Translations under genes and position numbers: made by a program
Part shown: positions 29,590 through 44,032 of the stretch, piece by piece
How positions within the stretch are numbered: position 1 is the first letter of the stretch
How the letters are laid out: the number at the start of each line of letters is the position of its first letter
Notes under the pieces: generated by a model
Database searches by the model: none
What the model saw: the letters and a program-made list of their open reading frames with translations, nothing else
What the model was told of the DNA's origin: nothing
Assembly: GCA_012295275.1 (NCBI GenBank)
Contig: CM022668.1
Location: 16,430,001 to 16,494,000 of the forward strand
Reading direction: 5' to 3'
DNA length: 64,000 nt
From: Chrysomallon squamiferum
Lineage: Eukaryota; Animalia; Mollusca

Positions 29590-32500
29590 ACTACTACTAC
29601 TACTACTACTGCTGCTGCTACTACTACTACTACTGCTACTACTGCTGCTGCTGCTACTGCTACTGCTACTACTGCTATAACTACTACTACTACTACTACT
29701 ACTACTAATACTAATACTATTACTACTACTAATGACAACAACAACATACCCGTTCCAGCATGCCCACTAATGACAACAAATGTCTCAACAACAATCTCCT
29801 CGTGACATCGACTGTACACCACAGCCATGGCCTGCAGACACATACACTTCATGTTAACCTTGGGGGTTAGCAGAAATCTATGGTACAGGTCATTAAAAAA
29901 CTCGTATCTGTAAAACAAAGACACTTCATGTTAACCTTGGGGGTTAGCAGAAATCTATGGTACAGGTCATTAAAAAACTCGTATCTGTAAAACAAAGACA
30001 CTTCATGTTAACCTTGGGGGTTAGCAGAAATCTATGGTACAGGTCATTAAAAAACTCGTATCTGTAAAACAAAGACACTTCATGTTAACCTTGGGGGTTA
30101 GCAGAAATCTATGGTACAGGTCATTAAAAAACTCGTATCTGTAAAACAAAGACACTTCATGTTAACCTTGGGGGTTAGCAGAAATCTATGGTACAGGTCA
30201 TTAAAAAAACCTCAGTATCTGTAAAACAAAGACACTTCATGTTAACCTTGGGGGTTAGCAGAAATCTATGGTACAGGTCATTAAAAAACTCGTATCTGTA
30301 AAACAAAGACACTTCATGTTAACCTTGGGGGTTAGCAGAAATCTATGGTACAGGTCATTAAAAAACTTGTATCTGTAAAACAAAGACAAAGACACTTTGT
30401 GTATTCTCTACAAACAGGAAGGTACAAAAAGAATTAATAATCATAACATTGCCTATTTCAAAAACAGCTCAGTTTATTTTACATTTTATCCTCGAGTAAA
30501 TATAAAATAAAGAAAATATTACTATATTAAGAAAAAGCTTGCATGTTTGTTTATTTTTTATTATGCACTTGTTTGAATACAAACAAATACAGAAACACAA
30601 ATATATATATATATATATATGTAGATATAAAACAAAAACAGCAGAACTGAAAGATTTAAAGTATAATAATTGTTTTTAGATAATTAATATTTTTACATAT
30701 TTAATTTTAATGTGGTATTTCTACAATGGCTGACAGAGCAAACTTTGAAAACAAATGTCTTACGATTTTTTGATAGCACTAATATCTTCATTTTCTTCTT
30801 CATCTTCCTCAAGCAGTAACCGAAGGTAATAATCACCTGAAAATAACCAACATGATTAAAATGAATATTACAACATAAAACAACTAGATTATGACATTCT
30901 CTCTGCCTTAAGATGGCGCTAAACTATTTTAAAAGAAATTTAGTTACATAAATATAAAATCAAATATTTATTTGGTTTTTTTTTGTTTTTCAGTAATTTA
31001 CAAAGGTTTGCTTTCCACCTTTCCCATGACATATAAAGAATTTTTAAAAAAGAAATAAAGAAAAAAGATTTATCTGTTCTCACACTTGTGTGTTATCCCT
31101 TTTTTTAGCAAAACATCTTTAGATTACACATTCTCATACATACTTCCAAAAAGTTAATTAAAATATTTATCTTAACTCATATTATTAAATATAAGTGAAT
31201 TTCTACGTAGATAATTTGAGTAACAAAGCAGTGAGTTGGAGAAATGCTATTTTGAGAATATTCCAGATACAGTAAAAAGAAGAGTTACTCACCTATTTTG
31301 ATTTCCTCAGCGAGGCAGTGATACTGCACTTCAAACTCCGTGTGATTCCAGCCGATGATGTACGTTGAACCCAGCTCCTTGTCCACCGTGAACGCCCTCA
31401 TTTCATTTTCTAATGCCTCCCTCAGTTCCTCTCTCGTCTGATAGTAGACCAGATAATGTAACAGTTATAGCATTTAAATATCTAAGAGATATCTCATTTA
31501 ACTATTGTATCTGAATATAGTACCATCAGTTGTAGAATAGTTTCAAAGAATCGATCATGTAACAGATGATACAAAGTTACTTTCAGAATACTATCACAAA
31601 AATTAAAAATTATTTAATTTTTCCAGTCTCATTAAAAGCTAAAATACAGCAAATTAAAATTGTAAAGTTGTAACATAAACAGGTAATACAATTCAAGAGT
31701 CTAACATGTTATGTGAATGGTAATACTATCTGTAAAACACAGGTTTATCTTACAAAGTTAGAGTGATGTTTTAAAGATATAGTTACAAAGTGACCAACCT
31801 TGTAGTTCCAGATGAGGTTGGGCCGGGCGTGGTCTCTGTTGAACTGGTAGTAAAACAACGCCCAATTCGCCTCGCTCTTAATTCTCTGACGTCGATTGCG
31901 TAACACTATAGGACGGTCATTTTGCTGCAACACAAAAATTAGTATTTTATTAATATTTTATATAATTATTAATAGAATAAAATAAAATAAAATAAAAGGT
32001 ATTCAGCTAGATATACCAGCTATATGTCTGTGTACAGAGTTTGCTAGTTTAAAATTAAAATAGACATAACATACCTGTTTTGTCTCCATGCCTATTCTGG
32101 AACGCCAGTGTTGAAGAAATCCATCAATCTTTTTCTCCAGTAAAATCAGATTGGGATTCTTCATTCTCCGGTTTTGATGATCCTAGAAATCATTAGAATT
32201 GTTGAAAAAACTGCAATCAATTCAAATTATGCAAACATGCACACTCACAGACACATGTGTGCAATTTATATATTCACATACACATAAAACTGCTTTGTAC
32301 TGTCACACATACAATTAAAAAATAAAAATAATAAAAATAACTATAAATAGAAACTGGCTGTACTGATAAGACATATTAAATCTTTATAAACATCTGTCTT
32401 TGTACCAGTAATAGCTAATGTTGATGAGTGTAATACCTGTGCTAGTTTGACATTATCTCTAACATGAAGTTTGTCATCTTCTATTACTGGTACTTCATCT

Positions 32501-35500
32501 GAGGAGTCCAGATAGGCAAGCAGTCCTGTAGGCTGAAATCAAATCAAATCTGAAAATACACTTCACTGGATTTCTTTATCTTCAACAGACTTGAATAGTA
32601 AGAACTGTTTTAGACAGAGCAACAGATGCAAGCAAACAGATCAGTTACCATTTCAGCTGTTGTGGGCTGATGTAACTTATCTACAGAGTGGTGAATAAAT
32701 AAACAAGTAAGTAAACAATTATTTCTATTTTAAGTGTTGATGAAACAGATCAGTTTTGAGACAGGTTGTAGTTTACCTACATAGAATTGAATAATGATGA
32801 AATCACTTAATTATTACTTTTATTAAGTTTTAGATGAAAGAATGACAGTTTAAAGCAATAAACCAGTTACCATTGTAATTACTGAACACTTTAACAATCT
32901 ATTTCCATATAAATAAATTTAAACAATGTCTCTTATATAACCAGTGACCCCAGTGTTAAACAGCAGCTGTCAGAGGTGATGCACAGTTAACTATACAAGA
33001 TCAGACTTGAATCACTTACCAAGATTCGACGCAGCAAACCCATGGCAGTGGGGTGACCTGTCACCCACAATCCCACCAAATGTCGACTGAGCTGTCTGAA
33101 TAAAACAACAGGTGAATATTAATCATAAAAGATGATTAAAACAACAAGAGACAAAACAAATGTATATAAATCTTTTTACCTTTCATATATCTACATACAG
33201 CTGTCAACAGCTTATTCTTTAAAATTAATGAATTTCTACGTTTAGATTTTAATACAGCTTCAGAAAATAACATCCACTTGTGCTGTATTATTATACTAAT
33301 AAAATTTTAGCAGATCTTCAGTAAATAACATCCACTTATGTTATATTTTTATGCTTATAACATTCTGATATGTCTTTAGCTAATAACACCTACTTCTGTT
33401 ATATTATTATATTAATAATACAGACTAGATAAAGTTGTTACCACATTGAGGGTTACTCTTACTGATTAGCTACAAGAGATGTTTGATGTGAACCTACTCA
33501 AGGAAAGACACACAGGTTGAAGAGACAGTGTTACCTGTTTGTTAACATTCTGTTGTCTGAACTCTGAGTAAACATGGCAGAGTGGAGGTGTTTTGGAAGT
33601 GCACCTTCGGCCAGCGCAAGATCCTGCATCTTAGCTGCTATCTCTGCATCTCCTTCCTTCATTAACAAACAACAACAACAACAACAATAATAACAACAAT
33701 AACAATAACAAAAACAACAATAATAAGATGAAGAAGAAGAAGAAGAAGAAGAATAAAGAATATTTTTGAAGCATAATATACTATAGAAACATGTATAAAT
33801 TCTAAGCCTGTTCACAAAAAAAATTCTGAATGTCGACAATTAATTTAAAAAATGACATAATCTAAATTTTGTAAAGTAGGAAAAAATAACAGATTTCTAA
33901 CAAAATTATTTTCAGAGCTTTTAATTTCTTAAATTTATTTTTCTATTTCTGTCAGTAATGCTTATTAATAAAACAAATGTGAAAAGTGTTTAAATAAGAT
34001 TGAAAAATATGAAATACTGGAATAATGAGTACTTATCCCTAACAATGATTACAAAAATAATTATTATTTGTGCATTTATAAATAAATACTAATCTGAACT
34101 ATGTTTTTGTTTTATTTTTGTAAACATCAATAACTGGTAAATTTTTATTTGTGTGACATGAATGAAAAGAAATACCTCAATAATAGCCTTCATGACCATT
34201 CCAGCCCCTTTAATAATAGCCATTGATGGATGCTGTAAAGATATTTAACATTATGTACAAAATGTTAACTGTTTTTAATATCTACTTAAAACCTGTTTAT
34301 ATTGCATTTAAACAATAATTATTAAAAATAAATAGATTAAAAAGAAAAAAAATGGAACAAGTTTTAACAAAGAAATATTCTATTCATTACTGATGCTTTT
34401 GATATTTCATCTAATTAAATAATCAGTTAATTTTATTAAATATATAAACATAAAGGTAGAGTGGAAAAGACAACAACAAAGATTCTGATACCTGAAAAAG
34501 TTTGAAAACAATTCTTCCATTTGCGGCAACCATTTCTAAGAGTTGATCAAAATGGTTGCCATCGGTGGTTTCACTGTATGGGGCACACAGAGCAAATGTC
34601 AGGAAATCCAACATGGCCGATATAACCAAGGCACCAGTGCTGTGAACCTAAACAAATAAACAAAGCTCACTAACAATTTTATAATTACTAAATCCAATTA
34701 TTTAAAACAGCTGATTGATGTTATTATTTTAATAAATATTCACATTTAAACATTTTATTAGAAAAAAATTACCAGTAATCTTATTGACAAAAAATACTAA
34801 ACCTAATTATTAAAAGACTGTTAGTACTATTTTTGATCAATAATTTTGTTTTCATATTCTATTTTAGTCGTTTGTAAGAAAAGCTAAGCTGAATAATATT
34901 ATCTTACTGTCAAATAATCTTAAATTTAACTATTAAAAACAAATTATAATTTGTTCTATGATAAATATATTTTCTTTGTTATAAGAAATGGTGAAGGAAA
35001 GCTAAAACTTAGAAGGGTTCTTTGCTTTATACACTGACTGCTGAGTCTCCTACATTCTAACTCTGCTTTGTGTAAGAATCTCTGAGATTTCTATCACAAC
35101 TGATGAACTCCTAGATCTAAACAGTCACCTTAGTGTTTATTATAAACTTCTTTTGATTTATTATTATTATTATTAATGTTGTTGCTATTGCTGTTGTTAT
35201 TTTCATTTTTATTACACGTACCGGACCAATTATCCGGCATCCTGAAATCCAGAAAGACCAGAAAACTGGAAGTTTTGTTCCCTGATGCTATTTTCATAGT
35301 TCACACATGTGTATTGTCCTCACCAGATTGGAACTACTCTTTCAAGCCGTGTGGCATTCATTCACTCACTGCATTGTTTACGTGTTGAGATGCCACAGTT
35401 GTGTATCGTCAATTTTCTTTATGTTTTTACTTTTAAAATGTTTATGTCTAATTATTTATGTATTTAGATGCCTTGATGCCAGAAAACTGGAAAATCCAGA

Positions 35501-37678
35501 ATGACTCAGGCCCCAAGGAGTCTGGATAATTGATCCGGTACCTGTAGTACTATTATTTTTATTATTATTTTCATTACTATTTTTATTATTATTATTATAC
35601 TACAGGTGGAAACATTCATTATCACATTTGTTAATTATTTGAAGTAAATTAACAATATCTTTCATTCTTCATTAATTTTAGTCTTTACCTCTCTCCTACA
35701 TTTACTCTGTTATTTCGAAAATGTAAAATGGACACGTTATTCTGCGTCTGAATGTGATATATTGGTTTACATTTTAAATTACTTACCACATGATGATTAA
35801 ATCTCTCCATCAACTCTTGAAGAAACTTTCTGGATGATAACAAAGATGATTTGTTCAGCTGCTCTTGTCTCAAGTCATAGTTGTCATGCATTGGCTGGCA
35901 AAATAAAAACACAACATTAAATTAATAATAATACTAACATTCCACTTTCTATGACTAAAATCATAATTTAAAAATAAAATTCATGAATATATGCACTGAA
36001 ATAATAAATGCTGTTGAAGAAGAAAAATAAAATTATAACAATATGGTAAGAGATGTGATATCCTTGCGAATGTTTTCATTGTTAATCTGAATTTCGTTTT
36101 AGCTTTACCAGGAATTTGCTTTATTAAACAAAATATTTTAAATATCTTTGGAATAATAAAGATGTTAATTCAAGAAGTTAGAGATGTAAAAACTAAATTT
36201 CTGGCTTGTGTAACAACTTATTATTTCTTTAGCAAATAATTCAGTGAATATATGAGTGAAAACAGATAACATATAAAAGCACATTCTATGTGAAAGACAG
36301 ATCACCTGCATTAGAGCAGACAGCATGTCAAGAGCTGCGTGTGTTACTGCATTGTCATTTCTTTTTAGAGCCTTCACAACCTTCACACCAACCTTCTCCC
36401 TCATCCTGAAAATTAACACTCTGTCTGTTATAATACACTTTTAAAAACAGCACGTTAATACTTTTAAAACATCTTTAAACATGTAAATATACTTATGTAC
36501 ATATACATTTTTCAAAAAGAAAGTGTTAATTTGAACTGGTTTAATATAGGTGTGTGTGTATCAGTTTGTGTACTGTTACTACTAATTAACAGTCCGTCTG
36601 TTATAATACATTTTTAAAAACAGCATGTTAATACTTTTAAAACATCTTTAAACATGCAAATAAACATATGTACAACATATGTACATACACATTTAAAGAA
36701 ACAGCGTTAATTTGAACTGGTTTAATATAGGTGTGTGTGTATGTATTTGTGTATTGTTACTACTAAAATTGTTGTTTCAAAAATTGTTGTTTCCAAATAA
36801 TGAATTATAATCATGAAAATCAACAGATAAAACTGAACTTTCATATTATAAAAATAATAATAATTAATGTACTTTGACAGAGATGTTAATAAAAAAAATA
36901 TGTTTTGTACATGATAATAATTTTGTTTCAAAATACCGAAGTATAACTATGTAAATCCAGAGAGAAGAAAGAGAATATTCATCTTACAAAAATGATAATT
37001 ATAATTACAGATAAAAATAAAAATAAAAATTTAGTATCAAATTAAACAAGCTATAACTATGTAAATCCAGAGAGAAGTGGTGAATATTTTCATTCTGAAG
37101 TTATAAACGCACTTTGGCAGTGAGGTGAAGGACCCGAAGCCTGCTTTAGACGCTACAAGTCTCCTCAGAGCGTGAAACTGAGCCTCCAGATCAACGATGT
37201 CGATTGTGTTCTGATCTCCCTCATTTTCCAACAGCTTCGACAATGTCAAGTTGATCAGCTTCTCCTTGTTCTGAGCAAACAGACCCTGCAGTTTGAAAAC
37301 AGTTTTAATTCAGAAAGATACCACACCATTTACCTGCCGTCTTGAAATCAAGAACATCCAGAAAACTGGCTCTGTTTGAAACTGGATGCTGTTGGTGTAG
37401 CTGTAGTTTGCTACTTGGCTGCTTTGTTTTAGTTTCCATGACATACATGCAAAATAAAATTAAACATTTGCTATCTGTTAGTTTCATTCTTTACTTTCTA
37501 CTGTTTACGTATATATTTAGCCTGCATCCAAAAATCTGGACCATCTCCAGTTGAAAGTTTGCCTGATAAATAATTTGGTGCCTGAACTTAAATTTTTTAT
37601 TATAAAGTGAATGTTTCAAACACTGATAGAGCTGCCTGAGAAATGAAAAGAAAGCAAACAATTCAATGACATAAATAA

Positions 37679-37714
<36 letters not shown>

Positions 37715-38744
37715 ATAAAAAAAAAAAAAAAAAAAAAAAAAACAAAAATCAGTGCTACCAGACAAAATTACACCACGAAACTGACTAAAATTACTGAAAC
37801 AAAAAATGATGAAAACAATGGAATCAGAAAAATCATGATTAGTTCTTGAAACAAAGCAAGACCAGATGACTTTTATATTTTCTCCATTACAACAGTTAAT
37901 ACAAAAAGACAGATAAAATTTTGCTAGTAACTATTTTTAAATTAACAGTATGTCTGGATTAATGATGCTATTACAAGAAAAGAACACATACGTCTTGTGT
38001 TACAGCATGAAGTAGACCACTGTAAGAAACATTTGCATTAAATCGCATCACAGCCTCATTGAATGTCATAGTTCCTGAAAAATAAGAATAAACAATTAGA
38101 AACACATTTTTGCTTATAACTGTGAATTAAAAAGATCTGGAAAAGAGTGTCAGTATTCAGAACAGTTACACAATTGAAAATAACAAATGAAAATTGTTAC
38201 TGTCCTGTCATTAAAAAATCCACATAAGGAATAAAACAGAGTTATCTCCCTTCCAAATGAGTGACAGAAAAAAGGAGTAAAAATAAAAGTATTTCAATGG
38301 CCATTAATTTTTTTTTAAGATATTCATAAATACCTTTATTTTGTAATTTCACTTTTAAATTTCTTCCATATTATAGCTTATCTAGATTAGTGTCTCAGCA
38401 GCTCACTAAAATAATTTTACTAACATGTTACTAGTTTCTACATGTACCTCAGCAGCTCACTAAAATAATTTTACTAATATGTTACTAGTTTCTACATGTA
38501 CCTCAGCAGCTCACTAAAATAATTTTACTAATATGTTACTAGTTTCTACATGTACCTCAGCAGCTCACTAAAATAATTTTACTAATATTACTAGTTTCTA
38601 CATGTACCTCAGCAGCTCACTAAAATAATTTTACTAATATTACTAGTTTCTACATGTACCTGGAGGAGACTGCATGAACTTCATGTGTTGAGCTTCTACT
38701 TCCTCATCAACAGGAACTGTGAAAGGGCCTACATTTTAAATTTG

Positions 38745-38775
<31 letters not shown>

Positions 38776-41202
38776 TATAATAAAAATCACAAAAGAAACA
38801 AATAATTATAATAATAATAATAAAAAAACGTTCAAACAAAGAATAAATTCAAGTACCGTGAATGGAAATAATTAGACATTATTAAATGAACATCTAATAA
38901 CAACTTAGCACAAAAAAGGTTTAAGACAAAGATGTTTTTCCACACATGATAATTAAAGTAGATGGCTCACCCAGTCTGAAGCCTCTGTCTGTGGGGATCA
39001 TCTTGACACACACATCTCTGTTCCCAGCAGCCCTCACTCCATCCAGCAGAGAGGCAATCAGAGCATCTCTGCAAAACAATCACAACACTTTTAACACAGA
39101 CAAACACACATACTGACACAGTCCAGCAGAGAGGCAATCAGAGCATCTCTGTAAATTAATCACAACACTTTTAACACATTCACACACACATACTGACACA
39201 GACACACACACACACACACTGACACAGTCACACACACATACTGACACAGACACACACACACACACACACACACATACTGACACAGTCCAGTTTTCTGTCT
39301 TGGTATACTTGTAAAAAAATAATAATAATAATAAATATAATAAAAAATATTTGTTTGTAATTATATTACTGTATAAATTGTTCTTTACTGGGTTGTCATG
39401 AGTTTAATGTCAAATGTTTCCAAAGTTCAAACATGTTTCTATCTGCTAGACTTAAAAGTTAAATATCTCAACAAAATCTGTGATATACTTTCTATGATAT
39501 TATAAAAAAAAGAGTTAAAGAGAATTTTATAAATATGTATTATTTATAAAACAAATCTTTATTACCATACAACTGTAGTAAAAAATAATTTTATAAACAA
39601 ATACTAATAGTATTCTAAGGCCAGTTTTTATTTTGATATAATTGAACTTAAAAGTAATTAAAAAAGATAAATAGCAAGCTATTGTACAATACACTGCTAC
39701 CATCAACATACTGTTTAATATCAGTGTCAAATTTACCTGTCAGTTGACATGAATGTTCTAATATCTCCTTTTACATGTTCTATAGAAAATTTCTGTGGAT
39801 TTGACTGGTCTCTGATTATAGCAAAAATCTAGAAATAATAATAATTAAAACTTTAAAATATTTAAAAAAAATGTTTTTTTAAATAAAAATAATAATTTTC
39901 ATATAAGTTTATTTTTCTGTTTTGCATATAAAGATGAAACCTTGAATGGTGTAACTACAAGTGCAGAAAATGAACAACAGTGTACAAACAGGAAAGAAAT
40001 CAGTTTACTATTATTAGAGACAGAACTGAAGGCAAAAATTAAATGTTTTTTTTAATGACAAACACATCTTTAATATATGTTACATGTTTATTATGATAAT
40101 GTTAATGAGAGTTGGAGACTGCTACAATGCTGTGGATTTCATGTTTTTGAGAAAAGCACATTCTTTGAGCCTTTTATTAACAAGTTGACTGGTGCTGGCC
40201 TATGCATGGAAGCTTCAAATAACTGCACACTACCCCATTAAAATTGAAATGAGTTATTAAACGTTACATTTTTGTATTTATAAACCGTATACATTTAAAG
40301 ATTCTGATGGCATTCAGTTTGTTTTTCAGTTCCAGACTAAGAGTAATGTGGATGCTAGATGCTTGAAGTCAGTGTAAAAAGAGATTTACGTAAGAATGAC
40401 TCACATCACAGAGAGGTTTACAAGTGACGATGTTGTAGGTAGCAAGATCCCGCTCCACCATGCATGTTTCAGTGAGACAGAGCAGTCTGCGCACGGTGTC
40501 GATGTGACGATGTGTCACTTTCTGTACAGTGAACTCGGCGTACGACGTCAAGGCTTCGTCAGTACTAAACAAAAATAACTTTTATTCCATCACAGGACAC
40601 TGTGTGTTTCAGACGTCACAAATATATGACAGAATATACTAATTATTTTCTAATTTAAAATTAAAACTAATAATCTACCTCAAATCATGTTTTATATTTA
40701 TAAATAAACACACGTACACTACACACTCAAATGAACATACTACACAACATGTATACATACACAAACACACTCCATAACTTTCTCTCATACACATACACAC
40801 ACTACACAACACACTATCTACCAAGACACACATATATTATACACCAAGGACACGCATACAGACAACACACACAGTATTACCGTGTACTCCATAACATACA
40901 CATTATATACCTATAACCCACCCAAACCCACTTCCAAAAACGCACACACACACACACACACACACTGTGTTAAACCTGTGTCACAACATGCTGTGAATAC
41001 TTTTATTAAACAAGATAAGAGAGAAGTTTACCTATATTTCCCCAGCCTGTTTAACTGGTATTGTTCAAATGTGATTGGTTCCTTTCTCTGTTTGATGGCC
41101 ACACCCACATAGGCCGCCCCGGCCTCCATCACACACTTTATAAACTCCTCCCTCTGTTCCAGCGCAAACAGGTGCTGTGAGAAATGTCAAATAAATAAAT
41201 AA

Positions 41203-41242
<40 letters not shown>

Positions 41243-41877
41243 AAATAAATAACTATATCTTACATGTTACAAGTTTTAATGAATCTGTGAAACTATATGA
41301 ATGTGAAAAGAGACTTTTGAAACAAATAACTAACAAATGGTAAGAATGTTAAACAAATAAATTGTTATCTACTAATATCTGAAATCTGGCTCAGAAAATG
41401 ATTTCAAGAATGTAGCAATTAAAATTAATCAAAAAAGGTTTCGTAATATTGTCCATTTAATTCTACAGTTATTTCAGAAAGTGTATTTTCCAGTAAAAAT
41501 ATGATATTGTTTACCCTGTATAAACACACACACACACACATATATATATATTTATTTATACAAATTCATTTTGTGCATACCAGCCTGCTGAATCCACCAT
41601 ATATAATAGCAATGCCACCTGGATATTCAGAGACCTGAAAACAAAAATCTATCTTTAAGAATCATGGACAGAACATATATGATTAAGAAAATGGATGGAC
41701 AGAAACAGGTCTTAGTTCACTACTGGTCAATTTTTACTCTAGAAATGAATGGGGATGAGGTGTTATACACAATGAGTGTTTATATGTACAATGTCAATAA
41801 ACACTGCTTTGTTAAAATTACAAATGTGATTAGTACAAAATATTTAAATAAACATAACTGATATTTGCTGAAGGGAT

Positions 41878-41970
<93 letters not shown>

Positions 41971-43049
41971 GTTACTGTTGTTGTTTTGGGTTTATGGATA
42001 TAAACTGAATAAAATTCAAGTTTCTATTAAAATTTCATAAATTTTTTGGTTTAAACATCAAAAGACTACAAGTATAATGATTAATGTAAAACAAGATTCA
42101 CATAGAAGAGTAGAAAAATTTAAAGCTTGTGTGTTTTTTATGATTATGAAAAAAAACTGTACTTTATTTTACCTGTGTCAAGCCCTCAATGTTGTTGTAG
42201 TCGTATGATGTAAGTAACTGGTTTGTTGCTGGTTCTCTCTGGTTCACAGATCCCTGACCCACCTCTAAAATGACCGGAACTCGAGTTTCTGACCAGTGGT
42301 ATTTGTAGGCATTGAAACGCTACACACAGAGAAAAACACATAAAATAAAGAAATGAAAATGTCTACATAGGCAGTCAGGAGGGATACAAGTTGGTCCTTA
42401 TCTTACAACTGTAACGTGTAACGTGTAATATATGTACAAACTCAGAATCTAGTGTGTATGTATATATTTTTAATGCTTTATGACAAGTTATGCAACAGAA
42501 CAGATCTGAAAAAAATGTAGTACAGTATTTTAATAATAGTCTGTAGTATATACATCATTAATATGCCTGGGTATTCACATAATATAGTACAGTATTTTAA
42601 TAATAGTCTTTATACTTCATTAATATATCTGGATATTCATATAATATAGTACAGTATTCTAATAATAGTCTTTATACATCATTAATATGTCTGGGTATTC
42701 TTATAATATAGTACAGTATTTTAATAATAGTCTTTATTAATATGGTACTGACTTGTAAAAAGATATTCTTATAAAAAGAAATGAAAGATTTAACATCTGC
42801 ACTATGCTATGGGCTTGTCTTTTACTGATCTGCTGAAAGTGTTTTTTAATATGTATTAGTTTTGTTGTCTTTGATAAATCAGTAATGTACGTATCACAAA
42901 ATGTAAGATAATCATCTGAATAACACAGGCTCTGTTAAGACTATGTGTATGTTTCATCACAGCAACATTTTAATGAGTTTTCTTACCCTAGTGGTATTGT
43001 TTTGTTCAGCAAACTGATCTCTGAATTTCTGTAAATTAAAACAAATACA

Positions 43050-43095
<46 letters not shown>

Positions 43096-43994
43096 TAATA
43101 ACAATCATTATCATCAAAAAATAAATAAAAAGAAACTGCTTTATAATGATCTGAGGTGTAATTATTTAAATGCTAAACTGTTTCATACTGTTTATTTTAT
43201 AACAATATTTTAGCAGCAGCAACACAGTATAAAATAACACAATAACTAAATTTGAAACATTCATGTAATTTTAGATGTATGAAAAATGTTACATTCTACA
43301 AAACAACTACACATATTACTTGATATATATACACTGTATGCATATTATTACATGATAAATATACAGTATATACATATTATTTGATGTAACAGTAATATTT
43401 GAAACAATGATCAAAACCACAAGCAATAAAATTTAAATAAATTAATCATTGAATACTTACAACACAATAACAGACTTTAAAAAACAAATTATGTATCCAT
43501 AATGCATTATTTACAAAAACACTAAAAAAGGTTACATATAAATGGTTATAAGCTGTCCTAAAGTTTCTATAGAAGAATGAGAAGACACAAACCAGAATAA
43601 ATTAATAAACAGGTGTTAATTACAATTATTAGTTATTCTGTGTTATTAGCTACTCTAAAAATACACAACTGTGCGAACCAAAACGAACAAATACGTGTTA
43701 ATTGCAATAATAAAATTATTAGTTATTATGTGGTTTTCTACAAGTATTAAACAAACCAAGATAAAGTAATAGACTAATAACAATAGCTACTATTCTGAGT
43801 AAAACAAACCAGAGCAGCAGTAAGCAGGTCGGCACGGTGGTCAGTGGAGAACCTCATCATGTCCGTCTTCCTCTGACCTTTCTTCATGGTTATCAGAAAC
43901 TCATTGTTTGATGGAGCCTTCACGTTGGGGACAATACTGATAAACTCACTGTACGGCCACTAAATAAATAAATAAATGAATAAATTTAGTAGTA

Positions 43995-44032
<38 letters not shown>

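Noticed and set aside
35176-35504. ORFs within the MITE copies as a transposase
   Set aside because: The element is about 330 bp with no DDE/D motif; non-autonomous.
42517-42740. Tandem repeat as another junction-anchored array
   Set aside because: About 200 nt from either exon; counted as a mid-intron counter-example.
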